A DNA stretch of 64,000 bases from an uncultured Actinomycetes bacterium (GTDB lineage Bacteria; SZUA-79; Acidulodesulfobacterales; Acidulodesulfobacteraceae): positions 160,001 to 224,000 of the forward strand of contig CAZVZU010000001.1 of the NCBI GenBank assembly GCA_964631685.1, given 5' to 3'. This document shows, in pieces, positions 50,525 through 60,065 of this stretch. The position numbers were made by a program, and so were the translations under genes. The notes under the pieces were generated by a model. It was not told the origin of the DNA. It made no database searches and saw only the letters and a list, made by a program, of their open reading frames with translations. How positions within the stretch are numbered: the first letter of the stretch is position 1; each line of letters begins with the position of its first letter.

Positions 50525-51334
50525 TTAAAATTCCAGCCGCAGGCCAACTTCTGGACCTTTAAAAACTAATTTTCCATTGATGCTATCTACATTAACGTTT
50601 ATCTTATCATATACATAGTCTGCAAATATTAAAAGCGGTCCTACCGCATTATAATTCACACCTGCTTTTATATGATAATAATATCCGTCCGAACCAATAC
50701 TAAATCCTTGAAATTTTCCGATAAACGATATGTCATTGAGCGGAGAAATTTTTACTATCCCACCTATAAGGGGCATAGGTAAATTTGCATTTTTAGACTC
50801 AGATATCAACGAGGAATTCATCTCGGCATTGACAGTAAAGAGGTCTATGCCTGCTCCGACACCTAACGTGATAAAATTGCCCAGTGAAAAATCATGTGTG
50901 TAAAACATCTTATAACTGCGTAATTCCAGTTTAGATGTTACATTGGTATTAACATTGTAAGTCTGCCCATTAAAATAAATGGTTTCAGATAACGTTTTAA
51001 AGCCACTATACATATACGGAACATACGTGAAAGAAATCACATTACTAAATGGTATTGTTATCGCTACTTTAATCATAGGTTCAGTCTTTGTCGTCTGAAG
51101 TCCTATATCTGCGGGGGTTATATTTGTTGCGGCAAATCCATTTACCGAATTTCCAACCATTAAGTTCCCTGAAAGATTTTGAAAATAACTCCCTCCCTCA
51201 ACGGAGATGCCTAATAAACCAGAAGCATGAGCATTAGAAGCGCTTAGGGATATAAAAGACAATAAAAACAAGCTTACAAAGGCAATAAAAGATAAACGAA
51301 AACATTTCATAAATTTACCATTATTAAACGACAT
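50525..51334 (-). CDS. Outer-membrane beta-barrel protein
   Basis: Signal peptide (AHA|S), amphipathic beta strands, C-terminal beta-signal GLRLEF. Confidence 0.75.
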   Translation of the reverse strand: MSFNNGKFMKCFRLSFIAFVSLFLLSFISLSASNAHASGLLGISVEGGSYFQNLSGNLMVGNSVNGFAATNITPADIGLQTTKTEPMIKVAITIPFSNVISFTYVPYMYSGFKTLSETIYFNGQTYNVNTNVTSKLELRSYKMFYTHDFSLGNFITLGVGAGIDLFTVNAEMNSSLISESKNANLPMPLIGGIVKISPLNDISFIGKFQGFSIGSDGYYYHIKAGVNYNAVGPLLIFADYVYDKINVNVDSINGKLVFKGPEVGLRLEF

Positions 51335-51443
51335 ATGCGACCCCGCTTTTTTATTTTACATTTTATTATAATGTCTTTTTATGTTATAAATATAATACAT
51401 AAAACAGTATTTAGCAATAAAAAATAAAGGAATAGCATAATCA

Positions 51444-52829
51444 TTGACTATCAATAAAAGTAAAGATAAAGCACCCCGCCATATCTATATGGACTGCAGT
51501 GGAACCTTTTACACCGGTTTTAATACGGGCATTCAACGAGCCGTTCGGAATATAGTGATGCACTCTAAGACAATGGAAAAGGATTATAATACAACCGTTG
51601 TGCCTGTTATAACCTTCATAGACAGATTCGTGGAGGTAGGCTTAGATGATTTATCAAGAAGATTTTACGAAGAAAAGAAAACTGCATTCGATAAATTATC
51701 TAAGCGCTATTTGAAAACGGAAAGAAGGATAACCGTCTTTAAATATGGCGACAATACCAATAAAAAAATAAGAACATCACTGTTAGGTCTTGTCTTGGGT
51801 AGGCTTAGGGTACCTCTTAAAAATATTTTTCAAACCGTTTTTTTTGGGTATCTATACTTATTTAAGAGTTTTAAATTTAAAACCGTGAAGATAAATGCGA
51901 ATGATTTAATCTTTCTTTCCGATGTCTATTGGAGTTTTAACGTTTTGTCCATATCCAATAGGTACAAGGCAAAGAAAGGGGCATTTGTAGTCACTCTAAT
52001 CTATGACATTATCGCCGCGACTCACCCTCAATTTTTTGACAACTTGCGAGTAGATATTATTATCAAGCATATTGATAAAATGATTGATTGTTCAGATGCA
52101 TTTGTGTGTGATTCTAAATATTCGGCAGATGAATTAAGGAATTATATCTATCATAAAAAACACGACTCAATTAAAAAGCCTATTGAATATTTCTATTTAG
52201 GCAATGATTTAAGCGAGAAGCCCGGAATAAGAGATTTGTCTATCAGGGATGATATTAAAAATATACTAAAAAATAAGAATACTTATCTGATGGTCGGAAC
52301 TATTAAGCAGATAAAAAATCATCTGTTTGTTTTGGACGTATTTGAAGAGATGTGGAACGGCGGTTTTAACGGTAATTTGATAATTGTTGGGGTCGCAGGA
52401 TGGAATTGTAATAATATTTTAGAACGGTTTAAACATTCAAAATACAGTAATACTCACTTATTTGTCTATAATGACATAAACGATGCGGAGCTTAAGTATC
52501 TTTATAAAAACTCTAAAGCCCTGGTTATCGCTTCAATTACCGAGGGGTTCGGTTTTCCGTTAGTTGAAGCCGCCAGATATAATATAAAAGTGTTTGCAAG
52601 CGATATACCTGTTTTCAGAGAAATAGGCGGGGATTATCCTACCTATTTCTCTCTGGATTCCAAAAATGACCTTAAGCAAAAAATAATATCATTTGAGCGC
52701 GTAGACAAAGTTTTAAAAGAGGAAACGATTGAGACAAACATCAAACCAAAAATAAAAATTGCATCGTTTAGTTGGGACGATTCCATAGACAATCTTTTCA
52801 ATAAATTAATAAAGATATATAATGCATAG
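51444..52829 (+). CDS. GT4 glycosyltransferase (LPS/EPS, mannosyltransferase-like)
   Basis: TGIQR, YDI....P, VGT....KN, EGFGFPLVEA, SDIPVFRE. Confidence 0.88.
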   Translation: MTINKSKDKAPRHIYMDCSGTFYTGFNTGIQRAVRNIVMHSKTMEKDYNTTVVPVITFIDRFVEVGLDDLSRRFYEEKKTAFDKLSKRYLKTERRITVFKYGDNTNKKIRTSLLGLVLGRLRVPLKNIFQTVFFGYLYLFKSFKFKTVKINANDLIFLSDVYWSFNVLSISNRYKAKKGAFVVTLIYDIIAATHPQFFDNLRVDIIIKHIDKMIDCSDAFVCDSKYSADELRNYIYHKKHDSIKKPIEYFYLGNDLSEKPGIRDLSIRDDIKNILKNKNTYLMVGTIKQIKNHLFVLDVFEEMWNGGFNGNLIIVGVAGWNCNNILERFKHSKYSNTHLFVYNDINDAELKYLYKNSKALVIASITEGFGFPLVEAARYNIKVFASDIPVFREIGGDYPTYFSLDSKNDLKQKIISFERVDKVLKEETIETNIKPKIKIASFSWDDSIDNLFNKLIKIYNA

Positions 52830-52979
52830 TGATTTTACAACACTCACCTAAGCGTTTAAAGGCAATGGGTTGTAGGGTTTTAGAAAAATTCAGATATCCC
52901 TTAAATCATTTTTCTCATAACCTTTTCTAGGTTTAACTACTCCAAATATAAGATACATATATCAATTGATAGACTTAAT

Positions 52980-52996
52980 TTGAAAATGCGTTTCAA
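52980..52996. promoter_or_regulatory. Palindromic operator resembling a deltaproteobacterial Fur box
   Basis: TTGAAAATGCGTTTCAA, upstream of extended -10 TGaTATAAT (53018-53026). Confidence 0.5.
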
Positions 52997-53116
52997 CTTT
53001 TTTTCATTCGAATAGTATGATATAATGAGCTGAATTTGAATTATAATTTGTAAAGTTGCCTAATTAATTACTTAATTTTTACTATTTCGGCCTCATTTAA
53101 TAAGGAGGTACAAACC

Positions 53117-54223
53117 ATGAAAAGATTTAAGTTTAGCCTTATGTGTGCAATCTTGGTATTTTTATTTGCAGTAATTATAGTTAAATCCGTCTACGCCAAG
53201 TCTGCTAAGAAAAATTATCAATTAAAATTGATTACTAGAGTTTATAATAAATATGGATATCCTGAAGATTATGTTTCTAACTCAAAAACTAAAAATAAGC
53301 AACGGGATAATCATAGCAACATAGGCAGGAAGGGTTTTTCTGCAAATCACATAAATCCGGCAATCTTATCCGTAAATAATATGATAAGCATATCATATTC
53401 TGATTTTGGGCTAAACTATGGCGAATATGCCAATAATGGTTATGCGTTATCTCTAAATGGCGGAAGCCCCAGTAAATATTTGGATATCGAGACCGGTTTT
53501 TTAAACGGTTTTAAAATAAATGATTCTTCCACATTCTATAATTTTTATAATGTGGCAAGTTTCAGCTATTATTCTGGTGGTGATACATACACTGGTGCCT
53601 CACTGGGAGGAGGCGCGTTCGGATCGCAAATAGGCACAACCGATAGCAAAATATATAATTTTAATTACAAGGCAGGATATATGATCCCTGTAACAAATAA
53701 GTTTGTTATTACCCCTTACGGAGAGATAGGTTGGCATATATGGAAAAGGGATAACATCGGCGGCAATAATGGCCAAGATGAACACTACTCTAACTGGCTG
53801 GCTATGATAGGTGTTTTAGGGCAATATGCCTTTACGCCAAAACTTGTAGGCAAACTTGAATTTGGCTACGGGACAACAATTAATGCTAAAGTGCAGGGAA
53901 ACGAAATGGATATGACAGTTGCAAACTACGACACGACGACATCAGCGTGGTCTTATCAATTCGCCGATACCTCCTGGGGATTAGGTTCAAAATCAATATA
54001 CAATATTACTGCCGGTTTGAACTATAGGTTTCAAGGTCATTTTAATATTTTCGGAAATGCAGAATATGAAAGATTTAAATACGGACAATCCGCATTATAT
54101 GTTTATGATACGCAGGTTTATACTGATAGTGTTTACCAAAGCACTAGTACTTATCAAGTGTGGGAACCTAATAGTGTTACAAATGAAATAATCTACAGCA
54201 TAGGCGCGGGATATTCATTTTAA
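53117..54223 (+). CDS. Outer-membrane beta-barrel protein of unknown function
   Basis: Signal peptide (VYA|K), Tyr/Gly/Asn-rich beta strands, C-terminal GAGYSF; RBS AAGGAGG. Confidence 0.78.
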   Translation: MKRFKFSLMCAILVFLFAVIIVKSVYAKSAKKNYQLKLITRVYNKYGYPEDYVSNSKTKNKQRDNHSNIGRKGFSANHINPAILSVNNMISISYSDFGLNYGEYANNGYALSLNGGSPSKYLDIETGFLNGFKINDSSTFYNFYNVASFSYYSGGDTYTGASLGGGAFGSQIGTTDSKIYNFNYKAGYMIPVTNKFVITPYGEIGWHIWKRDNIGGNNGQDEHYSNWLAMIGVLGQYAFTPKLVGKLEFGYGTTINAKVQGNEMDMTVANYDTTTSAWSYQFADTSWGLGSKSIYNITAGLNYRFQGHFNIFGNAEYERFKYGQSALYVYDTQVYTDSVYQSTSTYQVWEPNSVTNEIIYSIGAGYSF

Positions 54224-54330
54224 TAATTATAGGTCATTGCAGAGTGCGTGTGTAAGCTTGACGGAAGATAATAGGGTATTTTTAGGACGAGATTTATATA
54301 AATAGTAAAATAAATGGAGGGTAATATTTT

Positions 54331-55713
54331 ATGGGTGGATTTGTTTTTCCTAACAAAACAAAAAAGATTGTAAGTATATTAAATGCGGCGCTGTCTGATG
54401 CAGATTCTGAATTAGAAAAACTTTACGCATCTGATAGGGGCGCATTTATGGACTCACACGCGGTGCTAGATTTAGTGAATGTATGGAGGGAAAGAGTATT
54501 GTCTCTTATATCTGGGCAGATCGTAATGCTTGAAATAGCGACGGATACAAAAAAAACGGCGATGGTCTTTGAAAACGAAGTTGATAGTTCATCTCAGCAA
54601 ATAGCCTCGGTTGCCACAGCAACAGAGGAGATGTCTCAAACTGCAAAAGAAATTGCCAAAAATGCTCAGTTAACTACGAATGAATCTAATGATACCGTAA
54701 AAAATACAAACGAGGGTGGCGTTGCCCTTGACGAATTAATCTCTAAAATGACACAAGTAGAAAATGCCGTAAGCTCCATGGGAGAAGCTATGAACCAGTT
54801 TATAGAAAGAACCGATACTGTAGCCGAACTCACAGATAAGGTCAAGGAGATCGCAGCGCAGACTAATCTTTTATCACTCAATGCTGCAATAGAGGCGGCG
54901 CGGGCAGGTGAGCACGGCAAGGGATTTGCGGTAGTAGCAGACGAGGTTAGAAATCTTGCCGAAAAGTCTTCTAAGGCCGCAAGGGAGATAGAACAGGTTA
55001 CATCGGGAATAGGTAGCCAGTCTAAGGAAGTAGAGTCTAGAATTTCTGAGGGGCTTAGTCATCTTAAAAGTTCTCAAGACGCGCTTAATGTGTTATCTAC
55101 CGTTGTCAACGCAACAAAGAGTTCGGCGGAAAAAACTAATGAACAGGTAACACATATTGCCACAGCTGCCGAAGAACAGTCTCATGTAGCCACAGAAATG
55201 GCAAGTAATCTTTCAAGCCTTACGCAAAACATGGGTGATATAAGTAATTCTTTCAATGGCATAAGAACATCCTTAGATAAAATGATCAACAGTACGGTTA
55301 AATCTATGGTCATATTTTCCGAATGGAAATTCGACTGTATGCTGCTTAACATCGCCAAATCAGATCATTTAATATGGATCAATAGGGTAATGGAAATTCT
55401 TTCGGATAAAAAAACATCTATAGGAAGCTCGGAGTTATCGGACCATCATCAGTGCAGATTAGGTAAATGGTTTGATGGTGCCGGAAAGAAAAAATACGGA
55501 AATTACAAAGAATTTATCGAACTCGGACAGATTCATCCAATGGTCCATGAAACGGGAAAGGCCATTGTTGAGGCCGCAAATGCAGGGGACATGGATGAAG
55601 CCGAATTACTGGTCAATAAACTTTTGGACTATAAAATTAGGGTTATCAACGCACTAGACGGTTTAAACAAAAGAGTTAAAAACGGAAGCATTCTTAGCAC
55701 TTACAAAAGATAG
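54331..55713 (+). CDS. Cytoplasmic chemoreceptor with C-terminal CZB zinc-binding domain
   Basis: No [36 protein letters not shown] ligands [13 protein letters not shown]...H. Confidence 0.92.
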   Translation: MGGFVFPNKTKKIVSILNAALSDADSELEKLYASDRGAFMDSHAVLDLVNVWRERVLSLISGQIVMLEIATDTKKTAMVFENEVDSSSQQIASVATATEEMSQTAKEIAKNAQLTTNESNDTVKNTNEGGVALDELISKMTQVENAVSSMGEAMNQFIERTDTVAELTDKVKEIAAQTNLLSLNAAIEAARAGEHGKGFAVVADEVRNLAEKSSKAAREIEQVTSGIGSQSKEVESRISEGLSHLKSSQDALNVLSTVVNATKSSAEKTNEQVTHIATAAEEQSHVATEMASNLSSLTQNMGDISNSFNGIRTSLDKMINSTVKSMVIFSEWKFDCMLLNIAKSDHLIWINRVMEILSDKKTSIGSSELSDHHQCRLGKWFDGAGKKKYGNYKEFIELGQIHPMVHETGKAIVEAANAGDMDEAELLVNKLLDYKIRVINALDGLNKRVKNGSILSTYKR

Positions 55714-55773
55714 CATTATCTTTAATGACGTGCGCGCAAGGCAAACAAGAGAGGGGACTTCGATGAAAGATAA

Positions 55774-55869
55774 TGGCGGAAGCGTATGGGAATCGAACCC
55801 ACCGCGCCTTTTGTAGAGGCGCCTATTGATTTGAAGTCAAAGGGCGGCACCGGCCTTCCTTCCGCTTCC
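55774..55869 (-). tRNA. selC: tRNA-Sec (UCA anticodon)
   Basis: 96 nt: GGAAGCGG...CGGT D-loop...TTGACTTCAAATCAA...long variable arm...GTGGGTTCGATTCCCATACGCTTCCGCCA; G73. Confidence 0.88.
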
Positions 55870-55891
55870 GTAATTCCACCAACGTTCCTAG

Positions 55892-55920
55892 ATTATAATA
55901 TATGTTTTATTATTATTCAA
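55892..55920 (-). promoter_or_regulatory. Putative sigma70 promoter of selC
   Basis: Minus strand TTGAAT, 17-nt spacer, TATAAT, about 22 nt upstream of the tRNA. Confidence 0.55.
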
Positions 55921-56038
55921 GTCTGCTGTATTCTTGTCCTATTTGTAATTATAAAATTATTTTTGTATTTTTATAAACGGTTTTATATGGTATAATTCTA
56001 GCGTTAGCATTAAAAATAAAAATATGATAAGGCGTTAG

Positions 56039-56719
56039 TTGTTGCATATGGACAAATGGAAATTAGACGGAGATGATATTTGCAATGACGATGGGGACGG
56101 TTTTTCTTTTGGAGAGCCGGGTAAAGTCGGAAGCGATTTTGATTCTGCATCCTATAAATCGTCTTATAAAAAAGATAAAACGCGTAGTAAAAATGAGCAA
56201 CACAATGGTAAGCCAATCTACAAAAGGGATATTTTTAAAAAAATATTTTACATAGCACTTAGCATAGCCGCGGTAATGTCCGCGTACTATTTTTTTGAAA
56301 CGTTTTTCCCTAGTAATAATATTAATATAAAACTTTTTGACCTAAAGACCACGGTTTTTAGGTCAAATAAACTTCCCGAGAACAACCTCGTAATCACAGG
56401 CTATTTGCTGAATAAAAACAGTTTCCCTATAAGCTACGTCAGACTTACCGGCAGATTGTATAGCACTAAAAACATAACCATCGTGACGAAACATGTCTAT
56501 GCGGGTAATTTTATTAATTTGCACAAGCTAAAAAATATGCACAATATTGAAATAGATATGAAACTAAACAATAAACTCGGTAACAACATGTCTGACATAG
56601 AAATACTACCTAATCACCCCATAAAATTTATGGTCGTATTTTTTAATATAGCCCCAAACACAAAAAACTACTCTGTAACAGTAAATCACTTTTACGCCAT
56701 AAAGAAACCAATAAAATAA
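56039..56719 (+). CDS. DUF3426-like single-TM protein
   Basis: Acidic N-terminus, TM, VITG...N, YAGN, PIKFMVVF Ig-like domain; start may be ATG 56048. Confidence 0.6.
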   Translation: MLHMDKWKLDGDDICNDDGDGFSFGEPGKVGSDFDSASYKSSYKKDKTRSKNEQHNGKPIYKRDIFKKIFYIALSIAAVMSAYYFFETFFPSNNINIKLFDLKTTVFRSNKLPENNLVITGYLLNKNSFPISYVRLTGRLYSTKNITIVTKHVYAGNFINLHKLKNMHNIEIDMKLNNKLGNNMSDIEILPNHPIKFMVVFFNIAPNTKNYSVTVNHFYAIKKPIK

Positions 56720-56736
56720 ATTAGGTCAAGACAAAA

Positions 56737-57003
56737 TTATGTTTTTTTTGTTGATCTAGATCTGACTGTTTTTTTTCTCTTGGTCGCTGTAGCAGATTTT
56801 GTTTTGGTTATCTGTCTTTTCTTTGGTGCAGATTCTTCCGATTTAGGGGTTACATCTATCTCATCTTTCCCTGAAAGACTGTCCTTGAAATTTTTTAAAG
56901 CTTTACCGAAACCCTTCCCGATATCAGGAAGCTTGCCCGCACCAAATATTAAAAAAACAGCTATGATTAGTACTATTATGGCTAATGGAGACCATCCGAA
57001 CAT
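56737..57003 (-). CDS. tatA: Twin-arginine translocase subunit TatA
   Basis: TM, FGAGKLP.IG...GKA...FK amphipathic helix. Confidence 0.92.
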   Translation of the reverse strand: MFGWSPLAIIVLIIAVFLIFGAGKLPDIGKGFGKALKNFKDSLSGKDEIDVTPKSEESAPKKRQITKTKSATATKRKKTVRSRSTKKT

Positions 57004-57040
57004 TCTATATACCTCCCTTTAAGTTAGGACAACTTTTGAA

Positions 57041-57130
57041 TGGCGGAGAGAGAGGGATTCGAACCCTCGATAGACTCGCATCTATACATGATTTCCAATC
57101 ATGCTCCTTCGGCCTCTCGGACACCTCTCC
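57041..57130 (-). tRNA. tRNA-Ser (GGA)
   Basis: Reverse complement GGAGAGGTGTCCGAGAGGCCGAAGGAGCATGATTGGAAATCATG...GAGGGTTCGAATCCCTCTCTCTCCGCCA; long variable arm. Confidence 0.95.
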
Positions 57131-57261
57131 TTATATCAATAGAAACTATTAATGACGGTACTAACAACAACATTTGGATTATTGTAACATAAATTATCAT
57201 TAATTTGAAATATATTCATAGGTTTTGAATGCAATTTTTTTTAGAGAGGATCACTTTTATA

Positions 57262-57291
57262 TTGACAAAAAAATATATAGTGATATAGAAT
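57262..57291 (+). promoter_or_regulatory. Putative sigma70 promoter
   Basis: TTGACA, 18-nt spacer, TAGAAT. Confidence 0.55.
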
Positions 57292-57318
57292 AGCAAATGT
57301 AATTCTTTTCTCCATTTT

Positions 57319-57357
57319 CCCCCAATATATGCCGAATATATTGGGGGTTTTAGTTTT
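57319..57357 (+). terminator. Intrinsic terminator-like hairpin
   Basis: Perfect 12-bp stem CCCCCAATATAT-GCCGA-ATATATTGGGGG followed by TTTTAGTTTT. Confidence 0.7.
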
Positions 57358-57389
57358 CAAAATTAAATCAATTCAAAATTATTGCCCAT

Positions 57390-57875
57390 ATGAAAGTTCA
57401 TACCACGAATAAAATAATAAAATTTAGCGATGTAAAAGAAGAAATATCAAGGCTTAAAAGGGATTCTAAAAAGATCGTTTTCACCAACGGATGCTTTGAT
57501 ATTATACATGCGGGACATATCGCATATCTTAATGAGGCTAAAGGGCTTGGCGATATACTAATCGTAGGAATTAATAGCGACAATTCGGTCAAACGGCTAA
57601 AGGGCCAAAATAGGCCCATCATAAGCGAAAGAGACAGGGCATATGTTCTGGCAAATATAAAACCTGTGGATTATGTAGTAATATTTCACGAAGATACCCC
57701 GTATCACCTAATAAAAGAGATCCAACCTGATTTTTTAGTGAAGGGCGGAGACTATTGCGAAAAGAATGTAATAGGTAGAGATATTGTAAAATCGTCCGGT
57801 GGAAAATTGGTTCTGATAAAATTTATTAAGGGAAAATCTACTAGTAGCATAATAAAAACTATAAAAGAAAAATAA
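57390..57875 (+). CDS. rfaE2: D-glycero-beta-D-manno-heptose 1-phosphate adenylyltransferase (HldE domain II)
   Basis: VFTNGCFDIIHAGH, NSD.SV.RLKG..RP, VKGGDY, STS.II. Confidence 0.93.
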   Translation: MKVHTTNKIIKFSDVKEEISRLKRDSKKIVFTNGCFDIIHAGHIAYLNEAKGLGDILIVGINSDNSVKRLKGQNRPIISERDRAYVLANIKPVDYVVIFHEDTPYHLIKEIQPDFLVKGGDYCEKNVIGRDIVKSSGGKLVLIKFIKGKSTSSIIKTIKEK

Positions 57876-57924
57876 AATTGGTTAATTACCCCTTAGCCAA
57901 CAATAATTCAACCTATCCCTCCTT

Positions 57925-58013
57925 ATTGTAACTAAAATGTAATACAAAATTAATATATTCTTAACAATTGATTCATAATATCGACACAATAAGATGCTAT
58001 AACTGTTTTTAAT
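57925..58013 (+). repeat. Duplicated promoter/regulatory block, copy 1 (upstream of the virB2-like gene)
   Basis: 89 nt, ungapped match to 60066-60154 with 11 mismatches by manual count; six heptamers at 11-bp period, then TGcTATAAC. Confidence 0.9.
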
Positions 58014-58057
58014 AGCAAATTTTAATAACAAAAATTAAAAACAGTTAAGGAGAACAA

Positions 58058-58570
58058 ATGAATCTAAAACATTATTTCGATGATTTTTCTATTAATTTTT
58101 CAGCTTGTTTACTGTCGGGAATTTATGAAGAAATATTTTTTGAGAAGGTCCTAAAAAGGAAAAATGGTATATTTAGAATACTGTTTAGTAAACATATTAT
58201 GCTTTTATCCATTTTTGTTCTTGGATCTATCTTGTCGTTAAGCTCGAATGCAGTGGCAATGATCAATTTAAATCAAGGTTCTCTTGGGATAGGGGCATCC
58301 GGTATTTTGAACGAAGCAACGACATGGATATGCTACCGACTTGCACCAGCAACGCTAACATTGGGACTCGTTAAGGGATTTTACGATATTAAACAGCATA
58401 AACCTGATGCGGCAAGGAAGGCATTTATAACGGCAGCAGCAGGAACGGGAATTATGCTTGCACCTACTATAACAAGCGCTATACTTGGTATTGTTCAAAG
58501 CGCTGGGGGGACTTCAAATAGCATAATAATAGGAAGCGGAAATGGGGCATCAACGGTTGGCCAACCTTGA
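58058..58570 (+). CDS. VirB2/TrbC-like type IV secretion pilin
   Basis: Long leader ending AVA|M, two hydrophobic helices separated by a short basic loop; lies upstream of virB3- and virB4-like genes. Confidence 0.6.
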   Translation: MNLKHYFDDFSINFSACLLSGIYEEIFFEKVLKRKNGIFRILFSKHIMLLSIFVLGSILSLSSNAVAMINLNQGSLGIGASGILNEATTWICYRLAPATLTLGLVKGFYDIKQHKPDAARKAFITAAAGTGIMLAPTITSAILGIVQSAGGTSNSIIIGSGNGASTVGQP

Positions 58571-58598
58571 TACTGAAAAATAAAATAGAGTAGATTAT

Positions 58599-58925
58599 AT
58601 GAAAAACGGTTATATCAAATTCAAGATTCATAGAGGAATACATGACAAGGTAACGAGGTTTGGATTAGAGCTTTACGATTGGGGATTATTTATTTTTATC
58701 ACCATGGTATCTATTCTTTTATTTAAAAGAATAATCATTATTGCCATACTGCTTGATATACCTACTCTGATTTTTTTAAGAAAATATAAAAAGGGTAAAC
58801 CGGATTTCTATACCAGTTCACTGTTATCATTTTTATTCACTAAAAAAGAGCTGTTTATTTTAGAACCGGGCAGGGATAAACTAAATAGTCCTCACTTCAA
58901 TAATAATAATGATATTGATATATAG
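58599..58925 (+). CDS. VirB3/TraL-like small membrane protein
   Basis: 108 aa, IHRGI...FGLE..D, two TM, KGKP; sits between the pilin and VirB4. Confidence 0.6.
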   Translation: MKNGYIKFKIHRGIHDKVTRFGLELYDWGLFIFITMVSILLFKRIIIIAILLDIPTLIFLRKYKKGKPDFYTSSLLSFLFTKKELFILEPGRDKLNSPHFNNNNDIDI

Positions 58926-59947
58926 AACACCACTATAACAAACGATGCTGTCTTCATTATCTCTATTGTCTTTAATATATCACTCTTTTGTGCCTCACCG
59001 TGGTATTTAAAGCCTATAATTGGTCTTTCGCTAATTTGTCTCCCGTAGTAATTTACGCCTCCCAACCTAATCCTTAAAGCTCCCGCTATAATAGATTCTA
59101 ATTGACCTGCATTTGGACTGGGATGCATTCCTCTAAATTTTTTCCATGTTCTTATAGCATTGCCGATATCGTAATCCTTGCCTAAAATGCGCAATATAAT
59201 AATGGACATAATCATAAAAATTGCCGTAAATCTGAAAGAAATATAATTCAATGCATCATCTAATTTAGCTGAAAATTTTCCAAACCTCAAATACCTGTCG
59301 TTCTTATATCCCGTCAGCGAATCCATAAGGTTAACCGTTTTATAAATTACCGCTCCGGCCAAACCAAATGCGAGAATTAACGATAAATCTACGCTATGCC
59401 TAATGCCAATATTAACCATATGTCCCACTAAAAATCCCGCGGCAATATAAAAAAATATAGACCCGATACCGTCCCCTGTATTTTCCGCAATGGACTCTAT
59501 CGCAGCCCTTGAAATTTCTGATGCATCTAGTTTTTCGCTGTCCCTGCCGGCAAGGGACATAATATCTTTTCTTGCATTAGGCAAATCGCCCCTTTCTAGA
59601 TCCCCATAAACCCTTAAACCTGCATATTTTAACCCGCCCGTTGATATAAAAGACGATATGATATAAATGAAAAACACACAAAACAGTAGTAAAGACATTT
59701 TTATAATCATAATGCTTAAAATTATTAATACACTCAAGACAATAAAGAGGGTAGAGATATTAAAAAATACCCCTGCTGCAAAACCGTTTGAAATTTTGTA
59801 AAAAATCTTCTCCGTTACATTGGCGGTATAACCCATCAGATTTACAATATGGCAACGATAATGGATTCTGCCTATCAATAGATATTCAAATAAAAAAGAT
59901 ACAGCCAAGAGTAAAATAAGAGTGTAATTACTATAATGGTAAAGCAT
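58892..59947 (-). CDS. cbiB: Adenosylcobinamide-phosphate synthase
   Basis: LAGRD, RAAIES.AEN..DG, YKTVN.MDS.TGY, FGKFSAKLDD.LN, SPNAG..E...AGAL..LGG..YYG. Confidence 0.9.
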   Translation of the reverse strand: MLYHYSNYTLILLLAVSFLFEYLLIGRIHYRCHIVNLMGYTANVTEKIFYKISNGFAAGVFFNISTLFIVLSVLIILSIMIIKMSLLLFCVFFIYIISSFISTGGLKYAGLRVYGDLERGDLPNARKDIMSLAGRDSEKLDASEISRAAIESIAENTGDGIGSIFFYIAAGFLVGHMVNIGIRHSVDLSLILAFGLAGAVIYKTVNLMDSLTGYKNDRYLRFGKFSAKLDDALNYISFRFTAIFMIMSIIILRILGKDYDIGNAIRTWKKFRGMHPSPNAGQLESIIAGALRIRLGGVNYYGRQISERPIIGFKYHGEAQKSDILKTIEIMKTASFVIVVFYISISLLLLK

Positions 59948-60065
59948 AAATAAAACCAGCCCGGCAATTTAATTTTACTTGATTTTTATAGTTCTGAGGC
60001 TTTTAAAGGTTAATTATAGCACATTTAAATATTAAATAAACGCAAAATAGGTCATTTTTCCATTC

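Noticed and set aside
55714..55775. 10-bp inverted repeat CATTATCTTT...AAAGATAATG between the chemoreceptor stop and the selC 3' end
   Set aside because: AT-rich with a 42-nt spacer; no riboswitch or att consensus recognised.
55786..55995. 69-aa ORF MGIEPTAP...
   Set aside because: It is the antisense reading of the tRNA-Sec gene and its promoter.
57181..57200. A third TTGTAAC resembling the T4SS promoter heptamer
   Set aside because: It has no 11-bp periodic array and is better explained as the minus-strand extended -10 (TGTTACAAT) of the tRNA-Ser promoter.
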